This document shows positions 50,541 to 62,331 of a stretch of 64,000 nt of DNA, piece by piece. A program made the translations under genes and the position numbers. Source of the stretch: Marsupella aquatica (taxonomy: Eukaryota > Plantae > Marchantiophyta); assembly GCA_973895155.1 (NCBI GenBank), contig OZ316894.1, positions 14,771,680 to 14,835,679 of the forward strand, written 5' to 3'. Position 1 is the stretch's first letter. Each line of letters starts with the position of its first letter. The notes under the pieces were generated by a model. That model made no database searches, was not told where the DNA came from, and saw only the letters and a program-made list of their open reading frames with translations.

Positions 50541-51680
50541 TTGATACAAATGAGAAAAAGTCTCTCCCACTACATATAAATTATATACACTCAGAACATA
50601 CCTATGGTTGGAAGCCTTCAATACTAAAAAACTACGCCAATCACATGAGTTTGTCTTAAGGAATTAGCTTCAAAACTAACAAATCTTTTCGTGCCATGCG
50701 ATGGCTCAATAGTACTTTGACACGACAATTTATTGTAGAAGATCACATAACATAGAATTGGGACCATACCCAATAATAGCTCAAAAATTGTCCAGGGTAA
50801 AGAGTTACCCTTGGGTGGGACCCACCATAGCACTAGTCAAGGCTGGTGTCCAAATGACATCAATCACAATGGGTTCACTTAAATGGACCCTGTATCCCGA
50901 CAAACAAATGACAAAACAACGCCTGGCGCCAACTATATTATTTAGAATGATTGAACAAACACGGATTTAAAGATAAAAGACATACATATAAAATGGACAT
51001 ATAAAATGGAACATGTCCTAATGATTCTCTCTTATAGGCACATCATAAAGCAAGGAACATAGCAACTACTGGAAGCAGCGCCCGACGCTAACCAAAATCT
51101 TCTGAACAAACCAGTAAAATATCCGTTGGCTAAAGACAAAATAGTGACTATCCGTTATGTAGAACGAGTTACACGGAAATTTTGGGTTCTATTAATAGTC
51201 ATTCACGTTCTGCCTCTCCAAGACAAGCCTGACTTTGCCCACTGTCAAAATTGGTTGGCTACAAAGAGTCGACTCCTCAACATCAAAGTTGAATTTAACA
51301 TTAATGTACACCTAGTAGAGATGTTTACAACGCATGTACAACTTGCCATGCAAATGACGTTGGAAGAAGTCCTCACAAGAGCAAGCAAGGAAGATACAGA
51401 TTTGGACAAAGTAAGTGCTTGGCGATCAAAGGTTCTCATAGGTTTGAATTTGAAATTGCTTTCCAAAAGCATTTCCAGTCTGAACATCCCATTCCCATTC
51501 CAAATTCATCTCTTCTTTTTGTGCAGACTCCATTTGCTTAGTGTGACCCATAGTAAGATTAGATCGAGGCCTTGAGTTCCTCCCGTTCCGACTACCCAGC
51601 AGGACATTTGGCTCCAAAAACTTTATTGTTTCTGGAAATGAGTTCACATTTATCCTGAGATCAAACAAAGATGGCGCAAA

Positions 51681-53030
51681 TCAACTCGATCCTGGTGTTT
51701 GGGCTAGCACAAGTCCTTGCCCTTTGAGGAACTCAATTTCAGAGGGAGACAGGCTTGTACCCTTCAAAATTGGCAAAATATCAGGAATAAGAGGAAGTCA
51801 ATCAACCCCACAAAGAGGGCGACTCCTACAACATACTTTTTTTGGGCAATAGCAAATCATTTTGGATATGGGTTCGCCCCTGAAAAGATGATGTCCCCTC
51901 ACGACAAATCCAACAACATCGTTAGACGAATGGAATCCAACTTTCTTGATATGATTTTGACACTCATCGCGATCAGAATTCCCATTGAGAGTCCCATTAC
52001 ACTAGGGTCCTGCTCCATATTTGGACGTTCGTCGCAACTGCCACTGCCCCAGAGGGACATCCTTCTCCAGTGGAATAGTTTGTGGAAGTGGGTTCTAAAG
52101 TGCGGCTGGGGCACTGAGCGACGGTCTAGAGGATCTTGTTGCACGAGTTGTTTGAGGGGTATTGTCTAGTGATTAAGGAGCATGATTGAGGGGTACATAA
52201 AAAGGATCTCCAAAGTCTCCACCAAAAGGAGTGAGTCCTCATGATTTTTGCAATAAATTGGGGGGTGTTACACTCAAGGGCCGAGATGTAGAAGGACCAA
52301 ATCAAAGGCTGGATTTGAATATCAATAAAAAATGCATTAAGTATTCATTTGGATCGGTTGAAGTACAGTCTAGATGCGTAATTCCTATCTTGGACTTTAG
52401 CAAGGACGCCGTATAAATGTTCTCCTTGGATCCCGTGACATTGAATAGAGCAAGTTGCGGCTCGCAGTGTGTTTGAATACAAGGACTCATAGTCGATGCT
52501 TTTGACAACAAGGACTAAAGTGGGCAAGGACTCATAGTCGATGTTTGAAATTGATCGCGGATTTTGTTCTAAGCACAAGTGGCTTGAATTGTCTTGGGAC
52601 GGGCACGCACCAACAGCGAAGGGCTTAGGGGTTAGGGATGGCTATGGTGGTCGATTACTCATCGAAGGAGCTTGCGCCATACACACGCAATGTGAGAGCT
52701 GAGTTGTTGGGGATGGGGCATAGTTGGATAGTTGAAGCTTTGGATCGGGAGTTGATGATTCATCGTGGAAGTTTGATTTACAGCAATGCATCTCGGAGAT
52801 TGCCCACAGGAGGAGCACTGTGATTGAAGCGTTGGTGGACCTCGGGTGTTTGTTGAGCTTTGCCATGGTGCTCGCAGGATCAAATGGGTAGGCAAGTTTA
52901 GAAGTATTGGCCTAGTATCAGGTAGAATCTGAATGCTCAGATGCTCCGCATCCCGCTCAATACCTCCCAAGTTCTGTCTAGTACTTGATGCGGTGCCTGA
53001 CATCGGATGGCCAGTCTTGCTGAAGTCCAC
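51681..53030 (-). pseudogene. Decayed SWIM-zinc-finger-like gene divergent from the transposase
   Basis: FNVTGSKENIYTASL...HLDCTSTDPNEY resembles the SWIM lead-in F.V.GS....Y.V...C.CPD. Cys-rich C-terminus LEKDVPLGQWQLRR...CYCPKKVCC...PLIPDILPILKGTSLSPSEIEFLKGQGLVL. Several stops. Confidence 0.45.
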
Positions 53031-53099
53031 GATGCCCTAGCAAGAGAGAGATCAGAAAGGCGAAACCTTAGCAGACGCAAGTCCTATTGTAATAGGTAG

Positions 53100-56000
53100 C
53101 AACGGATCACCAATGGACAATCGATTGCACATGGTGGTAATAGTAACAATGTGGCTGGACAGGGTTTGTTGGGAGATGCGCGAAACAAATGCCAGCAAAT
53201 GATTTCATCTACTGAGAATGAAGCGAGTAGAATTCGTGCGGAGGCTTCCCAAGAGGCTGCCGACATCATAGTGAATGCAAGTACACAAGCTACTAGCATC
53301 CTACAGTCTACACAATTATAATGTGACAAATTGACACAAAGAAGACAAACTCTCTGCAATCGCATAGGCGTCAAGAAGCACGTCTTCGGTCCTTACATGG
53401 GCAACTTCTCGGTGAGAGCATGCATGGCCAAACTTCAGAGCTGCAGCGGGAGAGTTCAGCTTCGAGGCAAGCAAACTATCAATCCTCTGCTTCAACAGAA
53501 TTTAGAGCACAAGATGCTCAAAGGAAGCGAGCAGCATACTGGAAGAAAAAGGGTAATACACGCACAAAGGCTTGGCAATGTGGGTCTGCTGGTGATTTAG
53601 AAGACGAATTGAATTCCAATAGGAGAACACGAAGTGTTCAGTCTCAGGTGTCTGTGGCGGTGACATCCATCCTGAGTAGATTGGACAAATTTAATTTGTC
53701 TGCAAGGAAGCTATTTTTCACTAAGTTTATGCTCCATCCTTCCTTGAAGAAGTACCTCCCTGCAGTTTTTGGGACTCGTCGGAGAGATGTAGCGATACTT
53801 GCTGCAGTTGCTGACCTAAAGAATTGCTTGCAAAAAGTGAAGACTGCAAAGCGGAAAGACCATCTAGTTGCAAAGCAGATCTTGACAGTTGCATTGGCAG
53901 GCCAGGCCACAGTAGTGAATAGGTATCAGACTTCAGTGGCTGGGGCTTTGGGTATCAAACGACAAATCATATATAAAGCTTCAAGAAGGAGGAAGTCCAT
54001 AGATTCCGATTGTTTGATAAGGTTTCCAATGGGGGAAAGGAAAGTGAGAAGCGACAAAATTTCAGCTGAAGTCCGAAGAATTGTGGAAAAGTTTTGGGAA
54101 TCAAATACTCGAATCTCTCCTTGCGCCAAGGACAAGGCTAGACTAAGATTGAGTATAAATGTGTACGAGGAGCATGGGGTGCATTGGCTGGAGGATACCC
54201 AGGTTAGATTTTGTTAATTTGTCATTATCAATGACATTCAAATAGGGTTTACAATAGGGTACAGGAGCTTTCATGTTCATCAGTAAGCAATTTGAACTCT
54301 ACTGCATCTTTGTTAACAATGATTGAATATGTTTTGAAGCAAGGCTTGCATCTTTTTCAGGTGGAGTTTTTTCTAAAATTCCAGGAGTTTTGCAGCAGAG
54401 ACGAGAATGGAGTTAATATAGGCTTCAGGTCTTTTCAGTATATGAAGCCTTACTACGTTCGTCCTATGAAAGACAGAAATGTTTGTTGCTGTAAGCAACA
54501 TGTTGAAATGGACCTCTTGAAGGAGGCAATCAACAAATTCAGGAAGCATGAACACAGTAAGCATTGCTCTTGTGATTGCCCCATTTGCACATCAGTTGAT
54601 GCTCCTTTGCAGAGTTGTGTAGCTTCTAGAACAACAATAACATCTGTAAGGGGCTGGATAGATGGAGCTCTTTGTCCAAGAGCTGAGGGGAAGCAGTGGC
54701 ATGGAAAGAAATGTATCATGGGTTCCTGTAAGAATTGTGGTGTCAACAAGTTGGATTGGTGTACATCTAAGTTAGATCCAGTTGACAAGCAATTTATTGA
54801 GTGGGAGACATTTCAGTATTTGGAGTTAGATGAGAAAGCCCAGCAAAAGAGAGAGAAGAAAAAAGGAACAGACGAGAGTGCTACAAAAAAGTCAAAACGG
54901 TTGAGAATGGTGTTTAAGAGAACTTCAATGGGTGAATTCAAGAGTCAGGTTTTGAATACAATGAAGACATTCATTGTGCATAATTTCAGAGCACGTTGGC
55001 AGTCAGAACAATTCAAACTTTGTTTGAAAACTTTCCCTAGAGGAACTATAGTGTCATCTATTGATTTCTCTGAAAATTACACGTTCAAAATCCAAAATGA
55101 GATACAGAGTCAACACTGGGATAATAGACAGGTCACTTTGTTGATTCATGTCACTTATAGGCATAGAGAAGATTGTGTGGAATCTCTGGAGGCTGCTGTT
55201 GGAAGTACGGTTCAGATGGCATTGGATGAGGAGGGTGGTCGAGACATTATTGCAGATTATCATTTTTATATCAGTGATGACAATTGTCACGACACTCTCT
55301 TCGTCCAACATTGCATGGATGCTCATAACCAGTGGATGAGGGAGGAAGGAATTCAGTTTGAGCAACATTGGGTCTGGTCAGATGGGGCTGCTTCACAGTT
55401 CAAGGCTTGCAGACCTTTTTATTATGTATCCAGATACTACAAAAGATTTGGTGCACGAATGAAGTGGTATTTCCATGCTTCAGGGCACGGAAAAGGTGTC
55501 GCTGTAAGTTGCAATATTACTTTACATGTACATCCGCTCATTCCAGATTGTGTTTTAAGCTGAAGTTCCCTATAGTAAATTTGTTGTTCTATATTCATTC
55601 ATCATCCAAGTTTCATTTCCTGAGATGAGTACTATGGTGTGTGCTTTTAGGATGCCCTTGGAGGCCACATAAAGCAAGGGATTGAGAGAGAACAGCTGAA
55701 GGGAATCCATGGACATCGATTGGAGAATGCCCATGATGTGGTTTTGTTCTGCAAGGACAAATTTGCTATGGGCCAAGAAAAGGAGTATGGAGACGTCCAA
55801 CTTGTTCGACGCCTGTTTTGGGAGATTCCAATGGGAGCTGTCAATCGCAAGAAGAAATGGGACTGTGATCCTATCCTAGGTTCCCGATCCTTACACTGCT
55901 TTGATGGATTTAGTAACCGCCTATCAGCTCTCCTTCAAGTCAGAGAACTTTGTTGTTTTTGTCCTCATTGCTTAGATGATGAACCTTTGCAATGTGAGAA

Positions 56001-56494
56001 TATAAGTTGGGCTGGACAGTTTAAGCTCGTCATGGTGAAAGGAGTCCTGCCAAGTCACGTGAGAACTGATGTGGAAGAAATGGGAGTGGGGGAAGGACTG
56101 TACCAATGGGAGGATGGGCTGCTGGCCGAATTGGTTCAACAAGGTGACTTCTTTGCAGTGAAGGCTGAGATAGGTAACAAGTGGAATGTGGACTTCTACA
56201 TTCTTCAATGTGAGCAGACTTTGCACACCGTGAAGAAGAGTTTCAAGGACTCTCATGGAGAGGAATTTAACGAGGGTGATTTAGCTTTGAGGGCAGTGTG
56301 GTCTCAACATGTCCCAGGGCGAGATAACAAATTTGTGGTGAACGATCTAGCTGGCGTGTGAGCTACGCCCATGCTGAGACAGTAGTTCACCTTAGATTTG
56401 GTCTCACTCCATGTGAGGCAGGAAAGGGACGATATAGAATGTACACCCTTGAGCCTGAGACTCTGGCAGCAATATATGCATCCTTGGGTTCCTA
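53100..56494 (+). pseudogene. Sola2-like DDD transposase, nearly intact; introns 54203-54360 and 55504-55650
   Basis: CCCKQH, C-x-C motifs, IDFSENYTF..QNEIQSQHW, ISDDNCHD, WSDGAASQFK, ASGHGKGVA|DALGGHIK and GSRSLHCF...CFCPHC. Both GT-AG introns join in frame. Frameshifts near 53340 and 56350. The superfamily label comes from remembered motifs. Confidence 0.75.
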
Positions 56495-56544
56495 GCAATA
56501 TGAAGGAGGATATTGAGGTGTGTTCACCATTTTTTCTCCATCAC

Positions 56545-57125
56545 CAGTCCTCTATTCTCCGTTTGAAGTCCTTTGTCTTTTGTCAGTCCTCAGTTATCTG
56601 TTGCTGGTCCTCAGTCCTCGGTCACTAGTCCTCAGTTCCTTCGTCCGGAGTCCTCAATCCGTTGGCTTCAGTCCTTAGTCTTTGCCATGAGTCCTCGGTT
56701 TCTTCCCTGAGTCCTCAGTCCTTTTCCCTGAGTCCTCAGTCTGAGTCCTCTGCCTCAGTCCTAAGTCCTCAGTCCTCAGTCCTAAACCCTCAGTCCTCAG
56801 TCCTTATCCCTAGTCCTCGGTCCTAAACCATCAGTCCTCAGTCCTTATCCCTAGTCCTCAGTCCTCTGCCCCAAATCCTCAGTCCTTCATTCTGAGTCCT
56901 TAGTCCTTTTCCCCGAGCCTTCAGTCCTCCATCCTTAGTCCTCAGTCCTCTACCCTGAGTCATCAGTCCTCCACCCTGATTGAGTCCTCAATCTGCCATC
57001 CCTACTCAATGAGTCCTCTGGCCCAAGTCCTGAATTAGCAAACTTTTGTCAATCCTTAGTCCTAAATTCCCAGTACCCAGTCTGCCCTTATGTCCTAAAC
57101 AACTATCCTCAGGGTTTTCCTGAGT
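56545..57125. repeat. Degenerate 7-bp tandem array (CAGTCCT)n
   Basis: About 80 in-register 7-nt units, with interspersed AAACCCT-like and TATCCCT units. Confidence 0.9.
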
Positions 57126-57193
57126 CTAGAGTTAGAGCCCTGGGAGATATTATAGCCATGTACTTCTTGCTAAAAAGACCAAAATCCGTCTTA

Positions 57194-60100
57194 TGTTGTG
57201 GGAGAAATGAGACAAAGAGTTGGTACCATCTTTACTCTTGGTAGAATATGTACATGTGGCTACGGCCTAAGTAGTTAGGGTAGTTACATAGGTAGTTATC
57301 CCAAAGGTAGACTTAACTCAAGTATGAGTTACAACACTCCCCCTTTGTAACATTGGGGTTGAAATGTTACAATCAAGAGTCTACTTTGGGTATATTCAGT
57401 GGTATACAATAGGTTTTGTTTATGTCTAGCCTATTTTATAAATGGTGTAGCCATCTCAAGTCTACTATAAATGAAAAGCTTCTCCTAATAGATGTCTTAT
57501 AATTCATGTTGCATGGTAAAGTGTAAGTGGGGGATGTAATCTCATTAAAACCTCCCCTACTTTCTTTGTGGGAGGAAAGAGTATTACCATCCCCATGGGT
57601 GTAACATAATTGGGTTTAAGCATATAGTGTATGTGTAATTTCTAGAAAGTCTCTTAAGGTGCTTGTCAGCACTATAGGCTTGTTGAAGATCTTCCTTGGT
57701 TGATTGTTTCTCGTGTCTCCTTCCAATCGGGAAATGGAGACTCCTTGATGGTCACCGATTATATGCCATGACAAAGCAAAGTATTAGTACAAAATGAAGA
57801 TGATATGGTGTAATCCATGGCCTTGGAATTGGATTGGGTGTCCAACCCTAGATTTGGTGTGGGCATAACCTATTTGCACCACATCACGTACCATATCCAC
57901 AACATAGGGTTATCATATTGGGGTATGGCGCACCATCTCTTATGGTGCCTTACCATGCCATGTCTCACCTTATGGTACCTTATGACCTGGTACTGTACCT
58001 CATATTATCATATGGTACTTTAATATCCAGTATACCTCATCAAGTATTGGTAAGTGATTGTGTTAACACCATGTTCAATCATTTATAAAAATTCCTTAGA
58101 TTTCATGATTTGCTATATGCATGGAATAGAGTTCCATTTTTAGGTATTCATTGGTGCGAAAGGCACTTGTGCAATAGGCACATCCCATGGGTTACATTGC
58201 TTGATGTCAAGTCTTACTTGAGGTCTCCCCCTCAATTTGTCAAATATATGTCCTTTTTGCCTGGGTGTACAGTAGGCACCCATTTGTTTCCATGTGCAGT
58301 AGGCACGGAGCTGTTATGTGCAGTAGGCACCCCTGGGAAAAATATCTCCCCCTGAATTTATGAAATTAATTGGTGGAAATAACCATCATTAACATTTTCA
58401 ATAAGTGTTTTCGTAGGTGCCTTAAATCGTTTTGGCATGGCATGAAGTGTTCTTGTGAATGTTAATACAAATCAACCTTGTTGCAGTTGGCTTTAATAAC
58501 TCTGAAATGTTTTTTTTTTGTTTTCAGTCATCATTTGTCTCCGTGTAGATTCTGTACCTTAGCTTCTTTCTTTATGTCCTTACTTCATGTCTTGTTGTTT
58601 GGTTTTTCTTTCCTTTTGAAGAGAAAGTCTCTTTGTTCTTTAGTTCTCCATTCCTTAGTGTAAAATGGTCTTCTTAGAAGAAAAAGGTGGTGGACTGTCC
58701 TTTGGTTTGATGGCTTCTCTTTGTTTGCCTCCTTTGCCCGGCGTCTCGTCTTTAGCTTGTACCACGATCTCCGTCTGCACTGGACATCCTTCTCTCTCCT
58801 GGCGTTCCTCACGTTCTCTCTTTGGTTTTTCGGGTTTGTGCTTCCTTCAATGTTCTTGGATTTATCCTCCTTGCCTTCGGTGCTTATTGTTTCTCCTCTG
58901 TCTCGCATTCTTTCCTTCGAAGTTTTCAGTTTCTCCCTTCGCGTTCGATCATGGACTGTCTTTATATGTTCGCAATGCTGCCTGCCTTGCTCACGATCTG
59001 CGTTCGATTTCTGTAGCGTCTTCTCTCTTCCTATCTTTTCAATTGGGAATTAGGCGTATGGGTGTTCCTTATGAATCAATCTTCTGTATGAGGTCGCCTT
59101 CACGGACTGGAAATAGGAGGTCTGATGACTCATTCCAAAACGCAGATCTCCATGAACGCAGATCTCGTTCGGGTCCTTCAGGTAATCGGCCTCATCGCTA
59201 TTTCCGAGCTCCAAACGATGCTCATTGGTGATAGGAGACGAAAATCGAGGGCATAAAGATCAAATGTGCGGATGGTGACCTCCACCAGCAGAAAACTTCA
59301 AGCAATCAGTCGTCGAGGTCGTCGACTTGCAGGGAGCCATTTGGCCAAGACTGATGGATGTATTCAGATCTTCGAATACATCCATGTCAAAGATTAGATA
59401 ATTCAATCTAGTAAAGTGGCCATGTTCTTCTGCTTCAAAGGGAGTTGATAGTCTGGATTCGACCAAAACGATATGGAGTTCCATCTGCATCTCAACTGTC
59501 TGAGCTTCTCAGATTCGCAAGATACGGGCGTGGAACGTGCTCGAAAGCTTGTTAGCTACCCTGGGGTTAGGGAAGGCGTAAGGGAATAATTCTCAAGTGA
59601 CGTGAGATTGGGATGATGCTCTGTACGGTACTATCGTGAAGGATTATCGGACAGGGCAGTTTTTGCAGTAGAAACTTTGGTACGTTGACGGCATGATTGA
59701 ATCCGAAAGCTCATAGACCGTGCGCGTGAATGTAGAAGGGAGCATAGTTCTGCAAGGAATAGTGGAGTAGCATGCGTCTGTTGCTTCTGCTGGGCCCATG
59801 CCTACTTCAAGAAAATAGAATCGCGTTCCTCGATGGTTCCAATCACAGGCTCGAAGTCCAGGGAGCCTTTCTTTATCTCCTGCTATCCTTACGAGTTCCT
59901 TATGGAATTGAGGCTGTGATCTGCGCCTTGGATCGGTTCTCTTATGTGATGATATTGATTTGCATTTTTGTTCTTGCTGTCCTTATCAATTCCTCTCGAA
60001 TGTTTGATGAATGTCTATGTCCAATTTTCTTAAGAGTGCTCTCTCGTTCGATCTCTCTTCTTCTTCTCTTCCCGAGCGTTTTCAGTTTCTTCCCTTATCG

Positions 60101-60753
60101 CCTCGATCTTTCACTTGCAGTGTCCTTACGCAATGCATCCTATGTTGCTTTCGTTCATTGCGAATGCCTCCAGCGGTAGACCCTTATCAATCAGAGGTGT
60201 AGTTGGTGTGAGAGGCTTGCTCGCCAGTAAATGAGAAAATGCCTTGGCCACCAACTTCCGACTCCTCGAATGGCTGGAGTTCCAATCACTGACTCGTTTC
60301 CAGATTCGTGCTCGCGTCAACAACACTGGCTTTGACTGACTGTTGCTATTGCCTTACTGCTGTACCGACTTGAAAAGCGTGCACCGAATAAGATGGCGCC
60401 TTGATATTCAATTCACCATAGCCGGGATCAATTCTTCCTTGGCCTTGCTCCCAAAGAAAAATTGCTCATGCAGCGCTTCAAGCAGCTCTCGCAAAAAAAA
60501 ACTTTGGCCCATTCAAATCACGTCTTCAGGGCTCTCCCTCCTTTCTTTCTCTTAGATTGAATCGGTCATGGCCTAAAAATTCAGCCAGTCTTAGGCTCGT
60601 GCTGATAACGTGTTGTGGGAGAAATGAGACAAAGAGTTGGTACCATCTTTACTCTTGGTAGAATATGTACATGTGGCTACGGCCTAAGTAGTTAGGGTAG
60701 TTACATAGGTAGTTATCCCAAAGGTAGACTTAACTCAAGTATGAGTTACAACA
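57194..60753 (-). mobile_element. Non-autonomous Copia LTR retrotransposon, Bianca-type (3560 bp)
   Basis: Identical 143-bp LTRs (57194-57336 and 60611-60753, TGTTG...CAACA) and TSD TCTTA. Minus-strand PBS CGTTATCAGCACG (60610-60598) and PPT AGGGGGAG (57344-57337). No intact gag or pol. Confidence 0.92.
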
Positions 60754-60930
60754 TCTTACTTATATATGTACATTACAGTTGCTACAGTAGGTTGGCTAAA
60801 GTCTATCTGCTGAACTGTTCTTCCCTGCGTGAGCTTGACTATTTCTGTCACTAATATTTATGTGGATTGTTGTTCCACAGGACTTTGAGCTCCCTGAAGG
60901 TGGACTAACTGAGGACTATCCACTGATATG

Positions 60931-61003
60931 ATTGTATACTAACTGAGGACTATCCACTGAAGGTTAAACCATATCAGTGGATAGTCCTCAGTTAGTATAC
61001 AAT
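60931..61003. repeat. Perfect 30-bp inverted repeat with 13-nt loop
   Basis: ATTGTATACTAACTGAGGACTATCCACTGA (60931-60960) and its exact revcomp (60974-61003). A third partial direct copy lies at 60904-60929. Confidence 0.95.
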
Positions 61004-62205
61004 AAAGGCTAAGCAGGCATTGGATATCACTAGTGAAGGGTAGCATTGAATATTACTTAGTAACTTAGGTCTCTTGTTAGTAATCGCTATATATGTGCAG
61101 TAAGATGCACCTGTTTTGTAATAAATCCCTTGTGCACAATAAAGTTCATTTTAATTGGCCCATCTCTTGTCAAGCTTAGTTTTCAACTGAGAAGTCTCAA
61201 GTGGCGTGTCTATTTGGCTATATCACTTGAATGTATTAATTTCAATCATCTGGACTTCATGTTTGAGTTTGTGTATTTACTGTCTAGAACATAGCTACAG
61301 TCCTTCCCATTCAAGACTCCCAATTTCCCAAAACATTTTTGGATCAACTATCCCTGACTAGTTCATAAGGACTAAGGAAGAGTTTGATGCGCTTCCAAAT
61401 GGGACCACTTCCCAGCTCTAAGAATGGTTAGTATTCTCATTGTCTACCTGTTCCAGATCCAGAAAGAGCAGGACAATGTACAGTAGAGATTTCATATTGG
61501 AAAAGTCCAACCTAAGAGAACTCAAAACCTACAACCCTGAGAAAGGAGGCTGGAGTTGTCATCCATTATATGTGCCCTGCGGGGATGGGATGGAGTTGAA
61601 TATTTACTTACCACTGCAAGAGTAAAAATGCAACCTATGTCCCATAGTATACTAGAAGGTGGAGGTTTTGAAGTCAAGCGCATCCCAAGGTGGAGTTAAA
61701 CTGTCTAACTTACTTCAATAGCCGCTACTAAAAGGTAGTACTTATGTCCCAAAAGGTAGTACTTATGTCCCACAGGAAAGTCATTTGAGTGGGGAAAAAT
61801 ATACGCGCTTCAAAATATATTCATGATTGCTCTTGAGTCTTAGTTTACAAAGATTGGAGTAAACATCCAAGTGTAATTGGTTCCAACTTTGTCTAACTAC
61901 TTCACTATACTACTCGTAGGTGATCTTCATAGATTTCAGGGACTCAAATAGCTCCCCTCCAAAATTCACACAGGCATCCTTAAGTCTACTGAGCGGCCCC
62001 AAGTGGGCTTTCACCGGAGTAGTGTCACTACGGCTGAGCGAGTTCAAAAACTTAGGATTGTTGTCTTCCTTTGGTATGATCACATGTACACTACTATGTG
62101 GCTCAGGGAGGCTAGGTCCTACTTTAGGCTCACATTTAATAACACTAGTTGACTGTAAAGACCTAGCCACAGCAAGTGCTCGACAGGCATCTTTGTCTTT
62201 CTTTG

Positions 62206-62324
62206 TGATGCGGTCATACCAGGGCTACTACACCAGATCCCATCAGAACTCTGCAGTTAAGCGCCTTTGGGCCGGAATAGTACTGGGATGGGTGACCTCC
62301 CGGGAAGTCCTGGTGCCGCATCCA
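62206..62324 (+). rRNA. 5S rRNA: 5S rRNA copy (solitary, probably retroposed or pseudogenic)
   Basis: (T)GATGCGGTCATACCAGGGCTACTACACCAGATCCCATCAGAACTCTGCAGTTAAGCG...AGTACTGGGATGGGTGACCTCCCGGGAAGTCCTGGTGCCGCATCCA, 119 nt. The terminal stem pairs and TTTT follows at 62328-62331. The first G is replaced. Confidence 0.93.
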
Positions 62325-62331
62325 ATCTTTT

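Noticed and set aside
51126-51668. Overlapping ORFs next to the SWIM-like gene, possibly a third transposon gene
   Set aside because: No motif recognised and the coding strand is ambiguous.
58585-60326. ORFs of 107-188 aa inside the Bianca-type element
   Set aside because: No recognisable gag or pol motifs; they reflect CT/AG strand skew of decayed sequence.
60881-60931. Possible last exon of the transposase beyond the Copia insertion
   Set aside because: The frameshift-corrected frame already stops near 56494, and the splice sites are unverified.
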